Shown one piece after another: positions 1 through 14,228 of a DNA stretch of 64,000 nt. The DNA is from Octopus vulgaris (Eukaryota). Each line of letters begins with the position of its first letter. Within the stretch, counting starts at the first letter, position 1. The notes beneath the pieces were generated by a model. That model saw only the letters and a list, made by a program, of their open reading frames with translations, was not told the DNA's origin and made no database searches. The stretch is from contig OX597814.1 in assembly GCA_951406725.2 (NCBI GenBank), positions 74,028,001 to 74,092,000 on the forward strand, written 5' to 3'. A program made the translations under genes and the position numbers.

Positions 1-1125
1 AAAGATTTTCGCCAGGATCCTGTTAGATATATTAGTGGTCGTTACTGAGGAAGTACTCTCAGAATCGCAGTGCAGCTTCCGCCCCACCCAAGGTACTATT
101 GACATGATCATTTGCGCTTGCCTTCTCCAAGAAAGAGCCCTTGAGCTGAGAAAGCCATTATTTTTTGTGAGAAAGTTTCCGAGGCCTGAACTGGATCCAA
201 AATGGATGGAGGACTTTTCAACACAGCCCGCTTCTACCACCTTGGCCAAAGTAGATGAGCTGCAGTATGCTGATGAAACCGAGTGCATTCCTGCGCACTC
301 CATCTCTGATCTTCAGGAGGCTGTGAACATCTTTGAAAATTTGTATAGCCGTTTTCGTCTGTTTACAAATGTAAAGAAGACGAAGATTCTTGCATAGGGA
401 GTCCCCGGCCAACCTCCCATTGACACCAGTGACACAAGGCTACGGTGTGGACTTTCAAAGCCTCGGAAGATACCTGTCCAGCGATTGCATCATTCAGAAA
501 GACATCAAGAATAGGATCAGTGCAGTCCATACTGCTTTCGGAAAACTCTCAAAATGAGTCTTCCTAAACCACGACCTCACCATCGAAACAAAAATCACGT
601 TATTCCGAGCTGTTATCCTTTTCACACTCTCTACGGCTGTGAGACATGGGTATTGTATCGACGTGACTTGAAGAAAATCAAGCTTTTCAGACATCACAAA
701 CTTCGTGCTATCATGAAGATTCGATGGAAAGACTACATATCCAATGAAGAGGTTCTGCTCCGGATTGGAGTGCCCAGCATTGAAGCTACTATTGCATGAC
801 ACCGCCTCCGTTGGTCGGAACATTATATGTACGCTTCAACTTTGTGGAGTTGGCCTCAGGCACCAGAGCTCCCAAATTCCGTTTCCGAGACCACCTCAAG
901 GTCACTCTCCTTCGTTGTTCCTTGGACCAAATACTGGGGACACAATCGCCAAAGAACGCCCAAAGTGGGAGCATGTCATCGCCGAGGGAACGGTTCAGAT
1001 GGATGGAAAATAACAGACGTCAAGAGGCAGGGATCAGACATCGAAAACGCAGAAAACGAGTGCCCCCACCAACCCTCCCTGCGATAAATATATATCGCTC
1101 TTGGCCTGAACAGTCACGCTAGGCA
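1..1125 (+). mobile_element. Degenerate RTE-clade LINE, RT and C-terminal fragment
   Basis: Frameshifted motifs SQCSFRPTQGTIDMI, LQYADE and LYGCETWVLYRRD...IRWKDYISNEEVL. Confidence 0.8.
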
Positions 1126-1227
1126 ACAGCACTCTCTGTGCTCACTCGCTATAAATTAACTACTCGGACACGAGTTAATGCCGACGACTATACATGTACA
1201 CATATTGATACAGACGCACGCACGCAT

Positions 1228-1302
<75 letters not shown>

Positions 1303-1330
1303 CACATACACACACACAAACACACATTAG

Positions 1331-2226
1331 ACTACCCGTGACCCGTTGAGTCACCGGGAAAGTTCAAGTTTTGTTTCGTAGTTTTCTTCTTTTCCAGTTA
1401 TTTCGCATGCTTTCAACGAATGTGACGGCGAAATCACTCGTAAACGGGCACTTTCCCCAGAAAAGGAAATATTTGGCCGCTATTTCTTTCACGCTCTGCT
1501 ACCATGAAACATGTATTTTGGGTCCCTTATCGCAAATAACTGTTACCTGGTAGCAGGGCGTGCTAGAAATAGCAGCCAAGTCTTTGGAGGTGAGATACGT
1601 CGAATGCACTCGAAAAATACCTATGGAAAAAAACCCCATTTCACACCGAGCTACGAACGGGTATTTTACGAAACACTTACTGCATTTTTAAGTCATTTTC
1701 TCTTTAAAATATTTTTAAGTATGCCAAAAAATTTTTGTAATGGTATTCAATTGAAAATAAAAAAAAAAAAAAAGAATATTGTCTGTTTAAAGAAAGCTAA
1801 AATATAAATACTGACTGTACAAACAACTTGCATTTTTGAAATCACATTCACTTAAAAATATTTCTAAATGATTAAAATACTGTGTTTAAGAAAAGCGAAA
1901 ATAGAAACATTTACTGCAAAAAACAAATCATATATTTTCGTTTTCACGTCACTGTATCTAATCGAAAGGTACGAGTTTCTTCCCTTTCAGGCTTAAGCTT
2001 AATTTCGGAATATTTCCCCATGCTGCACCGTTTTGGGTATTTATACCCCGAAAACTCCTAATATCTCCACAACCACTTGTCCAATTTACGCGAAATTTGT
2101 TTTATTTCGTTCGTATTTACAGTTCAGGCGAAACTTAATTCATAGTATTTTCATATTATGCGCCAGTATTTTCCCATTATGCTGGGTAATATTGCAAGTA
2201 AGCAGGATTCAAGCTGACTTTTAATG

Positions 2227-2235
<9 letters not shown>
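1331..2235 (-). mobile_element. Possible non-autonomous Helitron
   Basis: GC hairpin cccgttgagtcaccggg near one end, with the other end running into a TA tract. The layout resembles the clearer Helitrons in the window, but the terminal CTAG is imperfect. Confidence 0.35.
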
Positions 2236-2296
<61 letters not shown>

Positions 2297-2364
2297 TATA
2301 TACATATACACGTATGTATATATACATATATATGTATATATATATATGTATGTATATATATAAT

Positions 2365-2695
2365 TAATTAATAAGGGTGAGAGAATTAGATACTAATTTA
2401 ATAGTATATTTATTCCACACCAAGTGGCCTAGTGCTACGAGAAACCTGGATTATTATAATATTTTATAACATATTATAATATTTTCACAAAATAAATATA
2501 AGAGAGTGGTCACTATATTGATCACTCTAGCACCAGTTAATCCAAAAGGTTTCAACCACGAAAATACATGTTTCCCATGAAAGCCAATACGACTGTTAGC
2601 TCACACGGACAGGGCAAATAAAAAATAACAAAAATACAGATTATTTTGGGACAATTGTTTCGCTATTAATGAATTAAATGTAATGTAATTAATTA
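2365..2695 (-). repeat. Truncated copy of the 536-bp hammerhead-bearing repeat
   Basis: Reverse complement of about 50165-50485. It retains only the CGAAA-CAATTG-TC half of the ribozyme. Confidence 0.85.
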
Positions 2696-2857
2696 ATTAA
2701 TGAATTATATTATGTATATATATATATATGTATATATATATATGTATGTATATATGTATGTATATATGTATATATGTATGTATATATGTATATATATATG
2801 TATATATGTATGCATATATATATATATATATTTATATATAGATATATATAATATATG

Positions 2858-2929
<72 letters not shown>

Positions 2930-2944
2930 ATTAATATATACATA

Positions 2945-3701
2945 TATATGGGCATTGACATGAGCAATGATGCATCTTTCCAAGTGCATATTACTAATCT
3001 GGTGATAAAATGCAGACGGCTAGCTGGATGGATTCTCCGAACTTTCAGAACAAGAGAGAAGGAGACACTGGTAGTCCTCTGGAAAACATTCGTCCTCAGC
3101 CGCTTGGACTACTGCTCCCAACTTTGGTCCCCACACACTATAAAACTAACAGCAGAACTCGAAGCAATTCAAAGAAGCTACACAAAGAAGATCGTCTCAA
3201 TGCAAAATATCAGCTACTGGGAAAGACTGAAAGTATTAAACCTCTTCTCCCTAGAGCGAAGGCGGGAGAGATATGCGGTGATATACATCTGGAAAATCCT
3301 GGAGGGTCTTGTCCCAAACTTTGGCATTCAAAGTTACTCCAACCGCAGAACGGGGCGCCACTGCATGGTGCCAAGGATTCCAACATCACCATCAAAATAC
3401 AGGTCCAGATACTGCAACAGCTTGGGTTTCAGAGGACCACAGCTCTTTAACATCTTCCCTAAATGCCTGAGAGACTTGCATGGTGTGGATGTGGGTGTCT
3501 TTAAAACTAAACTGGATCTCTTCTTGTCGGGGGTCCCAGATGAACCTACCTCACGACAGGAGACACAGATGCGGGCAGCGGCATCGAACTTCCTTGTTGA
3601 TCAGAGGTGGATTCACATATTAGTATAGCTCATTCAGCGGTGGTGCCCCAGCATTCCCGCGGCCTTCGTGCTAAAACATTTTTAAGGATTTAAGGATTTA
3701 A

Positions 3702-3704
<3 letters not shown>
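2945..3704 (+). mobile_element. CR1/L2-group LINE 3' end
   Basis: Open frame LSRLDYCSQLWSPH...SYWERLKVLNLFSLERRRERY to the stop at 3628, followed by a short tandem tail (tttaagga-like, x3). A related remnant lies at about 6975-7185. Confidence 0.85.
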
Positions 3705-3784
<80 letters not shown>

Positions 3785-3819
3785 TATATACATATATATA
3801 TATACATATATATATATAC

Positions 3820-3868
<49 letters not shown>

Positions 3869-3915
3869 TATATACATATATATATATATACATATATATA
3901 TACATATATATATAC

Positions 3916-3993
<78 letters not shown>

Positions 3994-3996
<3 letters not shown>

Positions 3997-4796
3997 AAAC
4001 ATCAACTATCCGATGATACTCAATCCATACTTTAATACACCATTACATATGAGTAAAGGCAATATATAAAATGAAATGAGATATACAGTAATAGTAAAAG
4101 TAAAAAGATAAAGAGATATAAGTAAAAAATTTCAAATATAATATGCAAATAAATCAAAACTGACAGCTGTTTCGGCAGTGAGGACAGTCATACCTCATTT
4201 AACCTATAAGCCATAAAGGCAGGTATAAATGAGGCATTAACAAGGATGCCCACGGCCTCTTCAGAGAATTAAATTAAATTTGTTATAATAGTGAAAAATA
4301 TTATATAATCATATACATATAAATATAAAAATATAAAATATAAAAACTTATACATCATAATGCTACACTTATATAATATAATACACATTTGTACAAAAAG
4401 GAAGGTAAACAGAACAAAATAAAACAAAATATATAACAGTGTATATATTAATATTAATAAGTACCGATATTATACATATTTGGCTAATAGTTTTTTTTAT
4501 AAAAAAAAGGGCTAACACATATGGAGATGAAAAATAATAATTAAATCCGTGGTACAGTTCATAAAATTCTAAAGCTATAAAAGTTAATAAAAATTACTAT
4601 TAATAATAATAATAATAATAATAAAAATAATAATAATAAAAAAATACTAAAAATAGATACAGTTAAGTTAGCACCAAGTCCATCCTTTCTTTACCTAGTG
4701 GTCAGCATTTCTTAACTCATAGTTATTTCGATCTTGAAAGGATGGACTTGGTGCTAACTTAACTGTATCTATTTTTAGTATTTTTTATTATTATTA

Positions 4797-4846
<50 letters not shown>

Positions 4847-5451
4847 AGTAATTTTTATTAACTTTTATAGCTTTAGAATTTTATGAACTGTACCACGGAT
4901 TTAATTATTATTTTTCATCTCCATATGTGTTAGCCCTTTTTTTATAAAAAAAACTATTAGCCAAATATGTATAATATCGGTACTTATTAATATTAATATA
5001 TACACTGTTATATATTTTGTTTTATTTTGTTCTGTTTACCTTCCTTTTTGTACAAATGTGTATTATATTATATAAGTGTAGCATTATGATGTATAAGTTT
5101 TTATATTTTATATTTTTATATTTATATGTATATGATTATATAATATTTTTCACTATTATAACAAATTTAATTTAATTCTCTGAAGAGGCCGTGGGGCATC
5201 CTTGTTAATGCCTCATTTATACCTGCCTTTATGGCTTATAGGTTAAATGAGGTATGACTGTCCTCACTGCCGAAACAGCTGTCAGTTTTGATTTATTTGC
5301 ATATTATATTTGAAATTTTTTACTTATATCTCTTTATCTTTTTACTTTTACTATTACTGTATATCTCATTTCATTTTATATATTGCCTTTACTCATATGT
5401 AATGGTGTATTAAAGTATGGATTGAGTATCATCGGATAGTTGATGTTTTAC
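3994..5451. repeat. Near-perfect ~700-bp-arm inverted repeat (PLE pseudo-LTR-like fold-back)
   Basis: 3994-4689 is the reverse complement of 4736-5451, with a 46-bp spacer. The differences I saw are (TAA)n length and 1-nt homopolymer indels. Confidence 0.95.
5178..5285 (+). ncRNA. Minimal type-I hammerhead ribozyme motif (mirror copy at about 4160-4266 on the minus strand)
   Basis: CTGAAGA-GGC[long stem II]GCC-GAAA-C(AGCT)G-TC. The palindromic stem-III loop is typical of PLE hammerheads. Stem I is short (ct/ag). Confidence 0.7.
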
Positions 5452-5949
5452 TGATTTAAGTATGTTTCTCCATTCTCTAATTTTGTAGTATTAATTTACG
5501 GTAATATTATTACCTTTACCCATTTAATACAATAGATGAACTGATTGCTTGACAATTTTTAACATCTATGTATTAATTTTGTTGGGTACCTATCTAGCAG
5601 TATATTGGATATATATTATCCCATGGTGGGTTGAATTTTCAACCCCTATCTCATTTTATAACCTATATATATATATGTATATAATTAATATATATATATA
5701 TTTATACGTATAAGGTTGAAAAGGAACACAGGAGTTGATATGTATACGGAAAATAAGACAAGGTAGAAATGCTAAAATAATTTCATCACGAAGAAAGTTT
5801 TAGTACCGGTTTCAACCTTTGCGGCTTTTCAACTTAAATTATGGAAAAATTAAATGAAATGTTTTAAAAAAATATTTCCATAGTTTTCAAATGCAAGGGA
5901 TATTTTCTTTTTTTCTGTCTGTCTGTCTGTCTCTCTTTTTTATTCTTTT

Positions 5950-6617
5950 AATTTGCGAAGATATCATTTACTCTGTTATTATCTAGTGCAACATTTGAGG
6001 TTGGGGGCTCCAATCGCCTATATTATTGATTCTGTTATTATCATTGTAAAGTTGTTATACTAGATAATAACAGAGTCAATGATATCTTCTCAAATTATTT
6101 TTTCGTGATTTTTTTCTCGAGAATTATTTGGTCCATATTGAAATTATTTTCACACATTTAGCTGACATAATTTCGGCGCAAAACGAATCAGTTGCAGCGC
6201 AGACTTCAACACGACGGGTTGGGGCTCTCTGACATAGTAACGCGTGCTGAGGGAGGTTAGGCTATTATGCAAGTCTATTATCCACGTGAGCCCAAATATT
6301 TGAATGTGTGCTGAGAGATTGTCGTGGCCCGTTTGCCTTCGGACGGTTGGTTTCTGTAGTTATTATCAGTGTATTTTGGCGATTTAAACAAGAATTTTTA
6401 CTGTTATTTTCCAGCAGGTATACACTTAGTAAGTCCTTTGATTAATTTTAATTCTTCAGCTATTTAATGCTTTTTGGGGGGGGGGGTCTGATGTTGCCTA
6501 TATTATTGATTCTGTTATTATCATTTTTAAACCGATACACTAGATAATAACAGAGTCAATGATATCTTCGCAAATAATTTTTTCGTGAATTTTTTTCTCG
6601 AGAATTGTTTATTCCAT
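5950..6617. repeat. Unclassified hairpin-bearing repeat (tandem plus inverted pieces)
   Basis: About 6017-6140 is duplicated at about 6496-6617, and each copy has a ~23-bp stem. There is an inverted piece at 5950-5985 and a diverged relative at about 46905-47290. Confidence 0.65.
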
Positions 6618-6725
6618 ACATACATACATACATACATACATACATACATACATAATACATACATACATACATACATACATACATACATACATACATACAT
6701 ACATACATACATACATGCATGCATG

Positions 6726-6789
<64 letters not shown>

Positions 6790-7247
6790 AAAATACTACA
6801 ATGATATATAAATATATTAAGATATATCAAACACATTATAGTATGAATGAATGGCTTGCTAGCAATTAAAAACCAAAAAGGAATTAATGAATAAAGGATA
6901 CAAAATAGCACCAGCGATTGCACACACATGGATATATATGCACACACATACACATATATACATATATGTATATATGAAAAATAGATGGCATGATCGGCAT
7001 TGACAATTGGGGTCGACTAAAAAAACTCAATCTCTACTCTCTCCACCGCCGCCGGGAGCGCTACATCATTTGTGTGATGTGGAAAACATTCCATCAATAT
7101 TGTACAAATAATGTTGGTATCAATTTTAGAATCTACCCAAGACTTGGCCCCAGTGCTATCTGCCCACTACAAAAATCAAGGTTATGTAATGAGTCTCATG
7201 TTTTTTGTGGGTTTCAGAGTTTATTTTGACAATATATATATATATTG

Positions 7248-7313
<66 letters not shown>

Positions 7314-9291
7314 ACAAACTTACTTAGAAATGGATGCGTGCGTTCCGTCATATAATAACAAATTAATAAATAAAACATATGCATATATACATACATATAT
7401 GTACGTACCTACATCTACCATATATGTACGTACCTACATCTACATGTATAATACATGCATATATGGGTACAGGACACAAAAAAAAACGTCGAACACAATG
7501 AGAAACGAAAACATAAACACAAAACCAAAGAAATGGACATTCTTCTTAAACAACGAAAAAATAGAGTACAGGACATACAACACAAGGAAAATTCCCCTTC
7601 TTTAGTTGCCTCTGTTTCATTGCCTCTGTTTTTAAAGCCACAAAAAACACGAGCCTCATTACATAACCTCGTATCATATCAATACTTTCATGAAACACGT
7701 GTAGTCTTATAAACGGAAAATACGGAATTCAGAATAGATATAGTTAGTATAAAATTTAATATTTAACATTTTATGGAGTGGTCGGGTATAAAATATTTCA
7801 GTGTTGATTGAGTTGAAGGTGGTTCTGCCTCTAAAACTACTTACATATGTGTGTGTGTGTGCGCGCGTGTATGTATGCACACACATATTTGTGTGTGTGA
7901 GTATTTGTGTGTTTTCGTGCGCATGACTAAGTGTTATTCCTTTCATTACATAGCAAATGAATTAATCTCTTAAGTGTACATAAATATACTTAGTCATGTT
8001 AGGAAGATTATTTTATGGTTCAAATGCCAAACTAACGAGGAATACGTGATCAAGGAGCTTACTAACACGGTCACGGTGATTAGGGACACCTCTACACAAA
8101 TCTAAATCTTTCTATTATTCTAACACACCAATCTTCAATGTCTTCTAATTCTTGCTGCAAACCTGCAACTGTATCGTTAGCGTACCAACGACATGCAGGA
8201 AGGCAGATGAAGAGGACAATATATGAACAAATTAAGAAAACGGAAGGTTTATGAAGAATAAATTAAGGAAAAAACGAAATTCAAGCACGGAAAAATATAC
8301 AAAAGGCATGACATGAGACGACCTATTAGGAAGATAGCCATCTTGGTTCAATCAAGGAACCCCACAAATCCAGAATAATTTTGATTATCAAGTACAAGTG
8401 TTCTCTCTCATCTGTGTTCTTCGACATAAAATTTCGTGGTGAATGGTTACAAGAGCCATTCTCGCCACTGATATCCAACTTCTAGCAAATTTAGTGGAGG
8501 GAAGCACTCCCTTTTTCTTCTCATCTTGCACTTCAGTGTAACTTGAAGTTGAGGGTTAGGCTGAAGAGGAACTCGTCTGTCAGTTCTTTCAAACTTGTCT
8601 ACCAAACAAGAAAACTACCTGCCCTTCTCGGCCAAAGAAAGGGAGTAAGACGATTCTTATGATGGATTCGGCCGATAGCTGGATCATTCCTATTTTCACA
8701 ACTTCCCTTTGACGCAACTCCACGAGTTAGTAATAACCGGACATTGAACGAGTGCGTGCAGAACGGTTTCAATAATAATAGTAATTGATGTTCCGAAAGA
8801 TAATTGATGTTTGAGAACTGAAGGTGAACAGGCAGTTTTCAATGCTCCAGTAAAAGCAATTAAACAAATAAATGAAACAGGCAAAAACAGCAGCAACAAC
8901 AACAAAAACAGAGTATGTGGCTGTAAAACATGATCTGAGAAGAAGAGGAAATTTGTGTGTCGTAGTGATTGAAACGGAAATAATTTACATGAAAAATTCT
9001 ATGCCAATAAGAAAGTTTAGTTTCATAAACACCGCTTGTGACCTCAATTCAAAAAAGCAAATAAATAAAACAAGCAAAAACAACAACAACAACAACAACT
9101 GCAGTAGCAGCGCTTTCGCCGTTTTTGTTCTGTGTAACGTTAGCCCCATTAAGAGCAGCCCTAAACTGTACAGGGATAGAGATAAAGATTGAGGGGTGAT
9201 TAAGACTTGTTATTTGTTCAATATGGATAATATCAAGTTATGTACCAAATCCGAGATACAACGGGAAAATCTTTTACAAATTATTAAACTA

Positions 9292-10904
9292 CTAGCATTA
9301 TGGCCCGGCAACGCCGGGTCATAGTGTTAGTGCATGCATATATGTGTATATATATGTGTATATATATGTGTACATATTACATGTACATCTATATATGTAT
9401 ACATCTACGCATAAAATACAAAATATAAAGTTATATCTTGATATCGCTAGTGATAACAATATTCAAAATATATAACAGACTGGAATTGTAGGCCCGTCTC
9501 TTGCAATTTCGATCAATTGTATCTTGTCCTCCCTCTTGTATAGAAGTGTGGCTACAACCCAGCCTACCTCTACCTCTGGGGGGACATTTTAAATTTTTAT
9601 CCGGGACGTCCTACGTCCCAGATATAAAGGTAAAAATAAAATATTTCCACTTTGCAAGGTTCGAGTCGAGTACTCCCTTGCACGCTCCGTTGACTCGAAC
9701 CTTGCTTCTATTGTGGCGAATTTATCGCCTCTGGTTAGATATCTTTCATAGTCGCACCAAGACACTTTTCGATGGTGCTTTCCTCCAGGTGTTCAAATCC
9801 TTTTTTTCTCTACATTGTATACTTTATAGACAATAGTTTTTTCTTTAATTTAATTTTTTATTTCGTTTGGTGGTGTTATCCTAGATTCACCGTCTTTGTC
9901 GGTGATCAATCCGAAATATTTTTGTATTTCTTCCATTTTAATTTTAATGAGTTCGCGCCCGCCGACGGCTGCAGCGAAATTCATTTTTGGACTTTCTTCT
10001 ATCGAAGGCATTCTAACAAAAATGCTTCCGTATAAACGGTGAAAATATTGTCAATTTCCCCAAACAAGGACACAATTCAATTTTTAAACAATAACCAAAG
10101 CTCCTTCTCCCATAGGGGGAGGGTTACGGTTTACAATTATTTAACAAATGCAACACAACAACGTTTCCCTTATGAGGAATCAACAAATGTGATAACAATA
10201 GTTAAACAGTAATAATAATAACAACAAACCTTACGGTGAATCAAAAAGCAGTACACAGTTGAAGCTATAGTCCTTTATGTATAAGAAATAAACCAACAGC
10301 AATACTCAGTAGGAGCGGCTGTTCGAGAAAACAGACATTACATACAGCCAAACTTCAAATAGGTACTTAATGCTAGCTAATTAGCAGATAATCTAATGTA
10401 AAAGCCGTAGTAAAGGGTTTGTGCACAGCACCATCTGAACTATTCCATTTCTGCACACTATTTTTATTTTTAATTTATTCCCATTCATGTGAAACCACTT
10501 ATTCAAGTTCAAGTCATTGATGCAATTTTATACCAATTGCTATTTTTACTTTTGTTATGTTACGATTATATTATACTTTAGTTTGATTTTAATTATTACT
10601 TACTACATATAATTCAATTGTTATTATTATCTCTAATTTTTACTCTTAAAGTGAAAGTATCAGACATAAAATAGAGAAATGATTTTGTTTCACTTTTAAC
10701 ACGTAATACTGAAATAGTGGAGAAGATATGATATTGCTATGGGCTCGCCCTAGGCAAGAAGTTGAACATTTTTTTTTACCATGAAACTACATGGACCCTA
10801 AGTAAGGCATGTGTAAAATTTGAATGGAATTGGTTGTGTAGTTCTCAAGTTTTAGGGAAACACACAGACAGACAGACACATTCTCAGTTTTATATATATA
10901 GAGA
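9292..10904 (-). mobile_element. Non-autonomous Helitron
   Basis: On the minus strand the 5' end is a|TCtctatatatataaa and the 3' end is the hairpin cccggcgttgccggg followed by CTAG|t. Inserted at AT. Confidence 0.8.
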
Positions 10905-11299
10905 TAACTGACATCAGTTTGACAATTGCGCAGCGGCCACTTCCAAAAGATGCAGATTTACGAAGTCAGTAAACACTGACTAGCAAATTAACTTCTTGTT
11001 AAGAATATTCGGAGCAGATGAGAACTGCAGTAGGTTTACTACATTAAACTGAAATAAGCAAGTAATGAAAAACTAGACGCGGAAACAAGAAAATGATTGC
11101 TAAAATTTAGACCAACAAACATCGCTTGTATTTTCAGAATAGAAGAAAAGGTTAAATATAAGTTAATATGGTCTACAAAACCGGTACAATAGGACGTAAC
11201 ACCGACCCCATAAAAGAAAGACACTCAAGTACAAGAAGTTACACTCTGTATACAAAGAAACGCAAACATATTTAGTAAAATGGGAACTGTTTATAGATT

Positions 11300-12620
11300 C
11301 GTCAAAACCAGAGATTGAGTACTAAAGAAAGAATAGAAAATAAGAAGTTAAGGAATTAAAGAAGGAATTATTATGAAGTGCAATTGGGATGATGATCATA
11401 GCTGCAAATTGAAATCTCTTCGTGGACAGTTCCAAAAACGACTAACGACGAAAATCCAATTCTAAGATCGCAGTGAAAAGAGAAGACGGGAGGCTTTATA
11501 ATTACAGCTCAAGAGTAAGTGACTCCCAAAGAGACATTATAAAAGGTATATTCTGAAGCAGAGTATGAAACCGATTTATAGGCTGCACACTCACATTGAC
11601 TGTTCACAGTATATAAGAGAACACGATAAGTTTGCTATACACTTTCGTTGGAAGATATGTAAGGGAATAAATGTCTCAAGTTGTAGAAAAATGTACATGC
11701 ATATACCAGAGACTGATAGAAAATGAAAGAAAATTCTCAAGGATATGCAGTACATACAAAGGAATAAAACATAGCTGGCCGGATGTCATTCCATAATAAA
11801 ATGACTCAAGTATTGTACTGATGTGACTTGCCAGAATAACAACAAAGGAGATAGAAAAGCTCTTCAAGTATAAAGACCTTGATATTGAAATATCGAGAAT
11901 GTTTAATACAAGAACAGTCCCAGTCATGGGAGAACTAGGAGTTACGAATCGAGGAATAGCATAGAAAATCTTACATAAATAAATTTCGGTATATAGCATC
12001 CTATTAAGTGCCTATAATAAATTTTATGATGTAGGCATAAAAACCAACAATTTTCAGGAGATGGATGTATTCGACTCCATCGATCCAATACTTGACTGGT
12101 ACTTTATTTTATCAAAACTGGAAGATTGAGAGGCGGAGTTGAGATCGAAGGATTTGTTATTGCGGTAAAAGAGCAAAACCTCACCAGAAAAAAACCCAGA
12201 TAATGTAATAAAGTACAATAAGTAATTGGAGAATATGTGGAAGCAGGGAAGAAACAACCACATGGTTTCTAGGTGCCCAGTTTTACTGAGAAAGAGAACA
12301 GCCACAGACGTGACAAGTTTAAGAGGTACATTCTAGAAATTACACCAGCTCTGTGAAAACGAAAAAAAAAAAGATTGTATAAATCTCCGAGTAACTATAC
12401 TCTGGAATATGTCAGCACACACACACACACGATCGAGGTTATTCGACTAGATATTGCTGTCAAGGATCATTAAGAAAAGAAATGCTTCTCAATCCCAACA
12501 GATGATAATGTATCTCCAAACGAAATGGAGAAATTATCCAAATATAAAGATCTAGAAGTAGATTATCCAAAATCATAGATTGGAAGATAACTTAAATATG
12601 GGGCCTGAAAAAGAAACAAT
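11300..12620 (+). mobile_element. Two old R4/Dong-type (RLE) LINE 3' remnants in tandem
   Basis: Degenerate ETGGFIITAQE and EIEGFVIAVKEQ, KYKDL-type and TVPV motifs, repeated twice. Confidence 0.6.
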
Positions 12621-12719
12621 ATGAATGATAAAAATACATGTAAACATTAACCATACCAAAACTCTCAGGCACATATAGGTTTCAACTGCACTTTCAGGTG
12701 CACGTCAGCAGTCTAGAAT

Positions 12720-13120
12720 TATATGTATTATTCTTTTAGGAATGTAGATTGTGTCTGTGAACCAGTAGTGGGGTTCCTGTCATTGTTTATTGTTCCTGAC
12801 ATTGTTTAGTGTTTCATCAGGTGTTGGATGATGTTTGTGTATAGTACCTGTTTTGTGCTTGGTATTATGTGTTTCAGTACAGACGATGGTTATGGTCTAC
12901 GTCATGGAGAGTGTTCCGGATGCTTTTGGCCAAATCATGTATCGTATTTGCTACATGTTTTACTTCTCCTTATTCACTTTCACATCGAAGTGTCGGTATA
13001 TTGCTCAATAAACATAGCTGCTGGCTCTTTCGACTTTATAAATATACTCAGAGTTGGTAAGAAAATGTTAACCAGAAACGATGTAGTCAATCGTCTTATC
13101 GTAGTGGTTTCACAAGAGGC
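12720..13120 (-). mobile_element. Old RLE LINE remnant
   Basis: The minus strand reads VSG*HFLTNSEYIYKVERASSYVY*AIYRHFD, a decayed SGC...EY..RHD...YVHW motif. Confidence 0.55.
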
Positions 13121-13264
13121 ATACGATAATAGCAATTCCTTTTATTTTACTTTTTAATTTAGTTTTGTAATTATTTGAAGCCAGGTATTAGTTTTGTACT
13201 GCTAAAATACCAAATGATTCTAATTCTGATATGCGGAAGAGTGTGAAAGGTAAGGAATTACGCT

Positions 13265-13650
13265 AACTAGCTGTTGAACTAGAAACATGACTGTTAAAGA
13301 TGGCGTCTGTGATTTCATGTGATCGGTATAACGATCTCTGCAAGAAAATTGATGACGAGGGTTCCAGTTGTTCCGATACAACGGAACAACCTGCTCGTAA
13401 AATTAACGTGCAAGTGACTGAGCGCTCCACAGACACGCTTACCATGAGGTAGTTCTCGGGGAGATTCAACATGACACAGAATGCGATATGGCTAACACTT
13501 CGAATTACAGGTACAAATCGTTTTCTCCACCTCAGTTGACTGGAGCCACATGAAATAAAGTGTCTTATTGCTGACAGCGCACCACCGGGAATCGAAAACA
13601 ACTTTACGATCGTGAGTCGAATATCCTAATCACTAAGCTACGTGCCTTCA
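13265..13650 (-). mobile_element. Degenerate tRNA-derived SINE
   Basis: Head gaaggcacgtagcttagtgattagg, plus an aaataaagtgtctt block shared with other SINEs here. Confidence 0.6.
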
Positions 13651-13821
13651 ATTGTTATTAAAACAGGCATAAACAAGACAGAAAAAATAGCAAAACTAGG
13701 ATCTGTAAACAGTGTAAGAATATTTTCATTGAACATTTAACCTTAAATATAAGTGTTAACCTTGAAACTGGTATCTATGTTGTTCAAGATGATTCTTATT
13801 TCTTAAAATCTTAAACCAAGT

Positions 13822-13869
<48 letters not shown>

Positions 13870-14026
13870 GAATGCACCACACGTATATGCATGCATGCAT
13901 GTATATATATACGTACGTACATACGTGCGTACAAATGTGTATATGTATGTCATTATTTAGTTTTTTATTTCAAGATTTCTTGCCAATAGAGAAAGAGTTG
14001 TATGTATGTATATATGTGTACCTTAC

Positions 14027-14228
14027 CTAATATAGAGAAAATGACAATGCCGGCAAATACTGATGTTCCACAGTTAACGAAAACAACAATGAATGTGTCT
14101 TTATAGCAGTTGTTTCTGAGAGGATTATATGATGACATGGCCATCAAACCACCAAAACCAAGACTTAATGAATAGAAAATCTGTGTTGCCGCTTCAAGCC
14201 ATACTTGTGGATTTGCTAACTTTTCAAA
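14027..14228 (-). CDS. SLC6 transporter exon 5 (TM6-TM7)
   Basis: Encodes [35 protein letters not shown]...[17 protein letters not shown]. Splice sites are tttgctttgcag| and |gtaagg. Length 202 nt, ending in phase 1. Downstream exons were not found in the window. Confidence 0.95.

Noticed and set aside
8696-8905. ORF with LIAFTGAL, faintly like the SLC6 GLAFIAFTEA motif
   Set aside because: It lacks the following FWS..FF.ML..LG motif and convincing splice sites.
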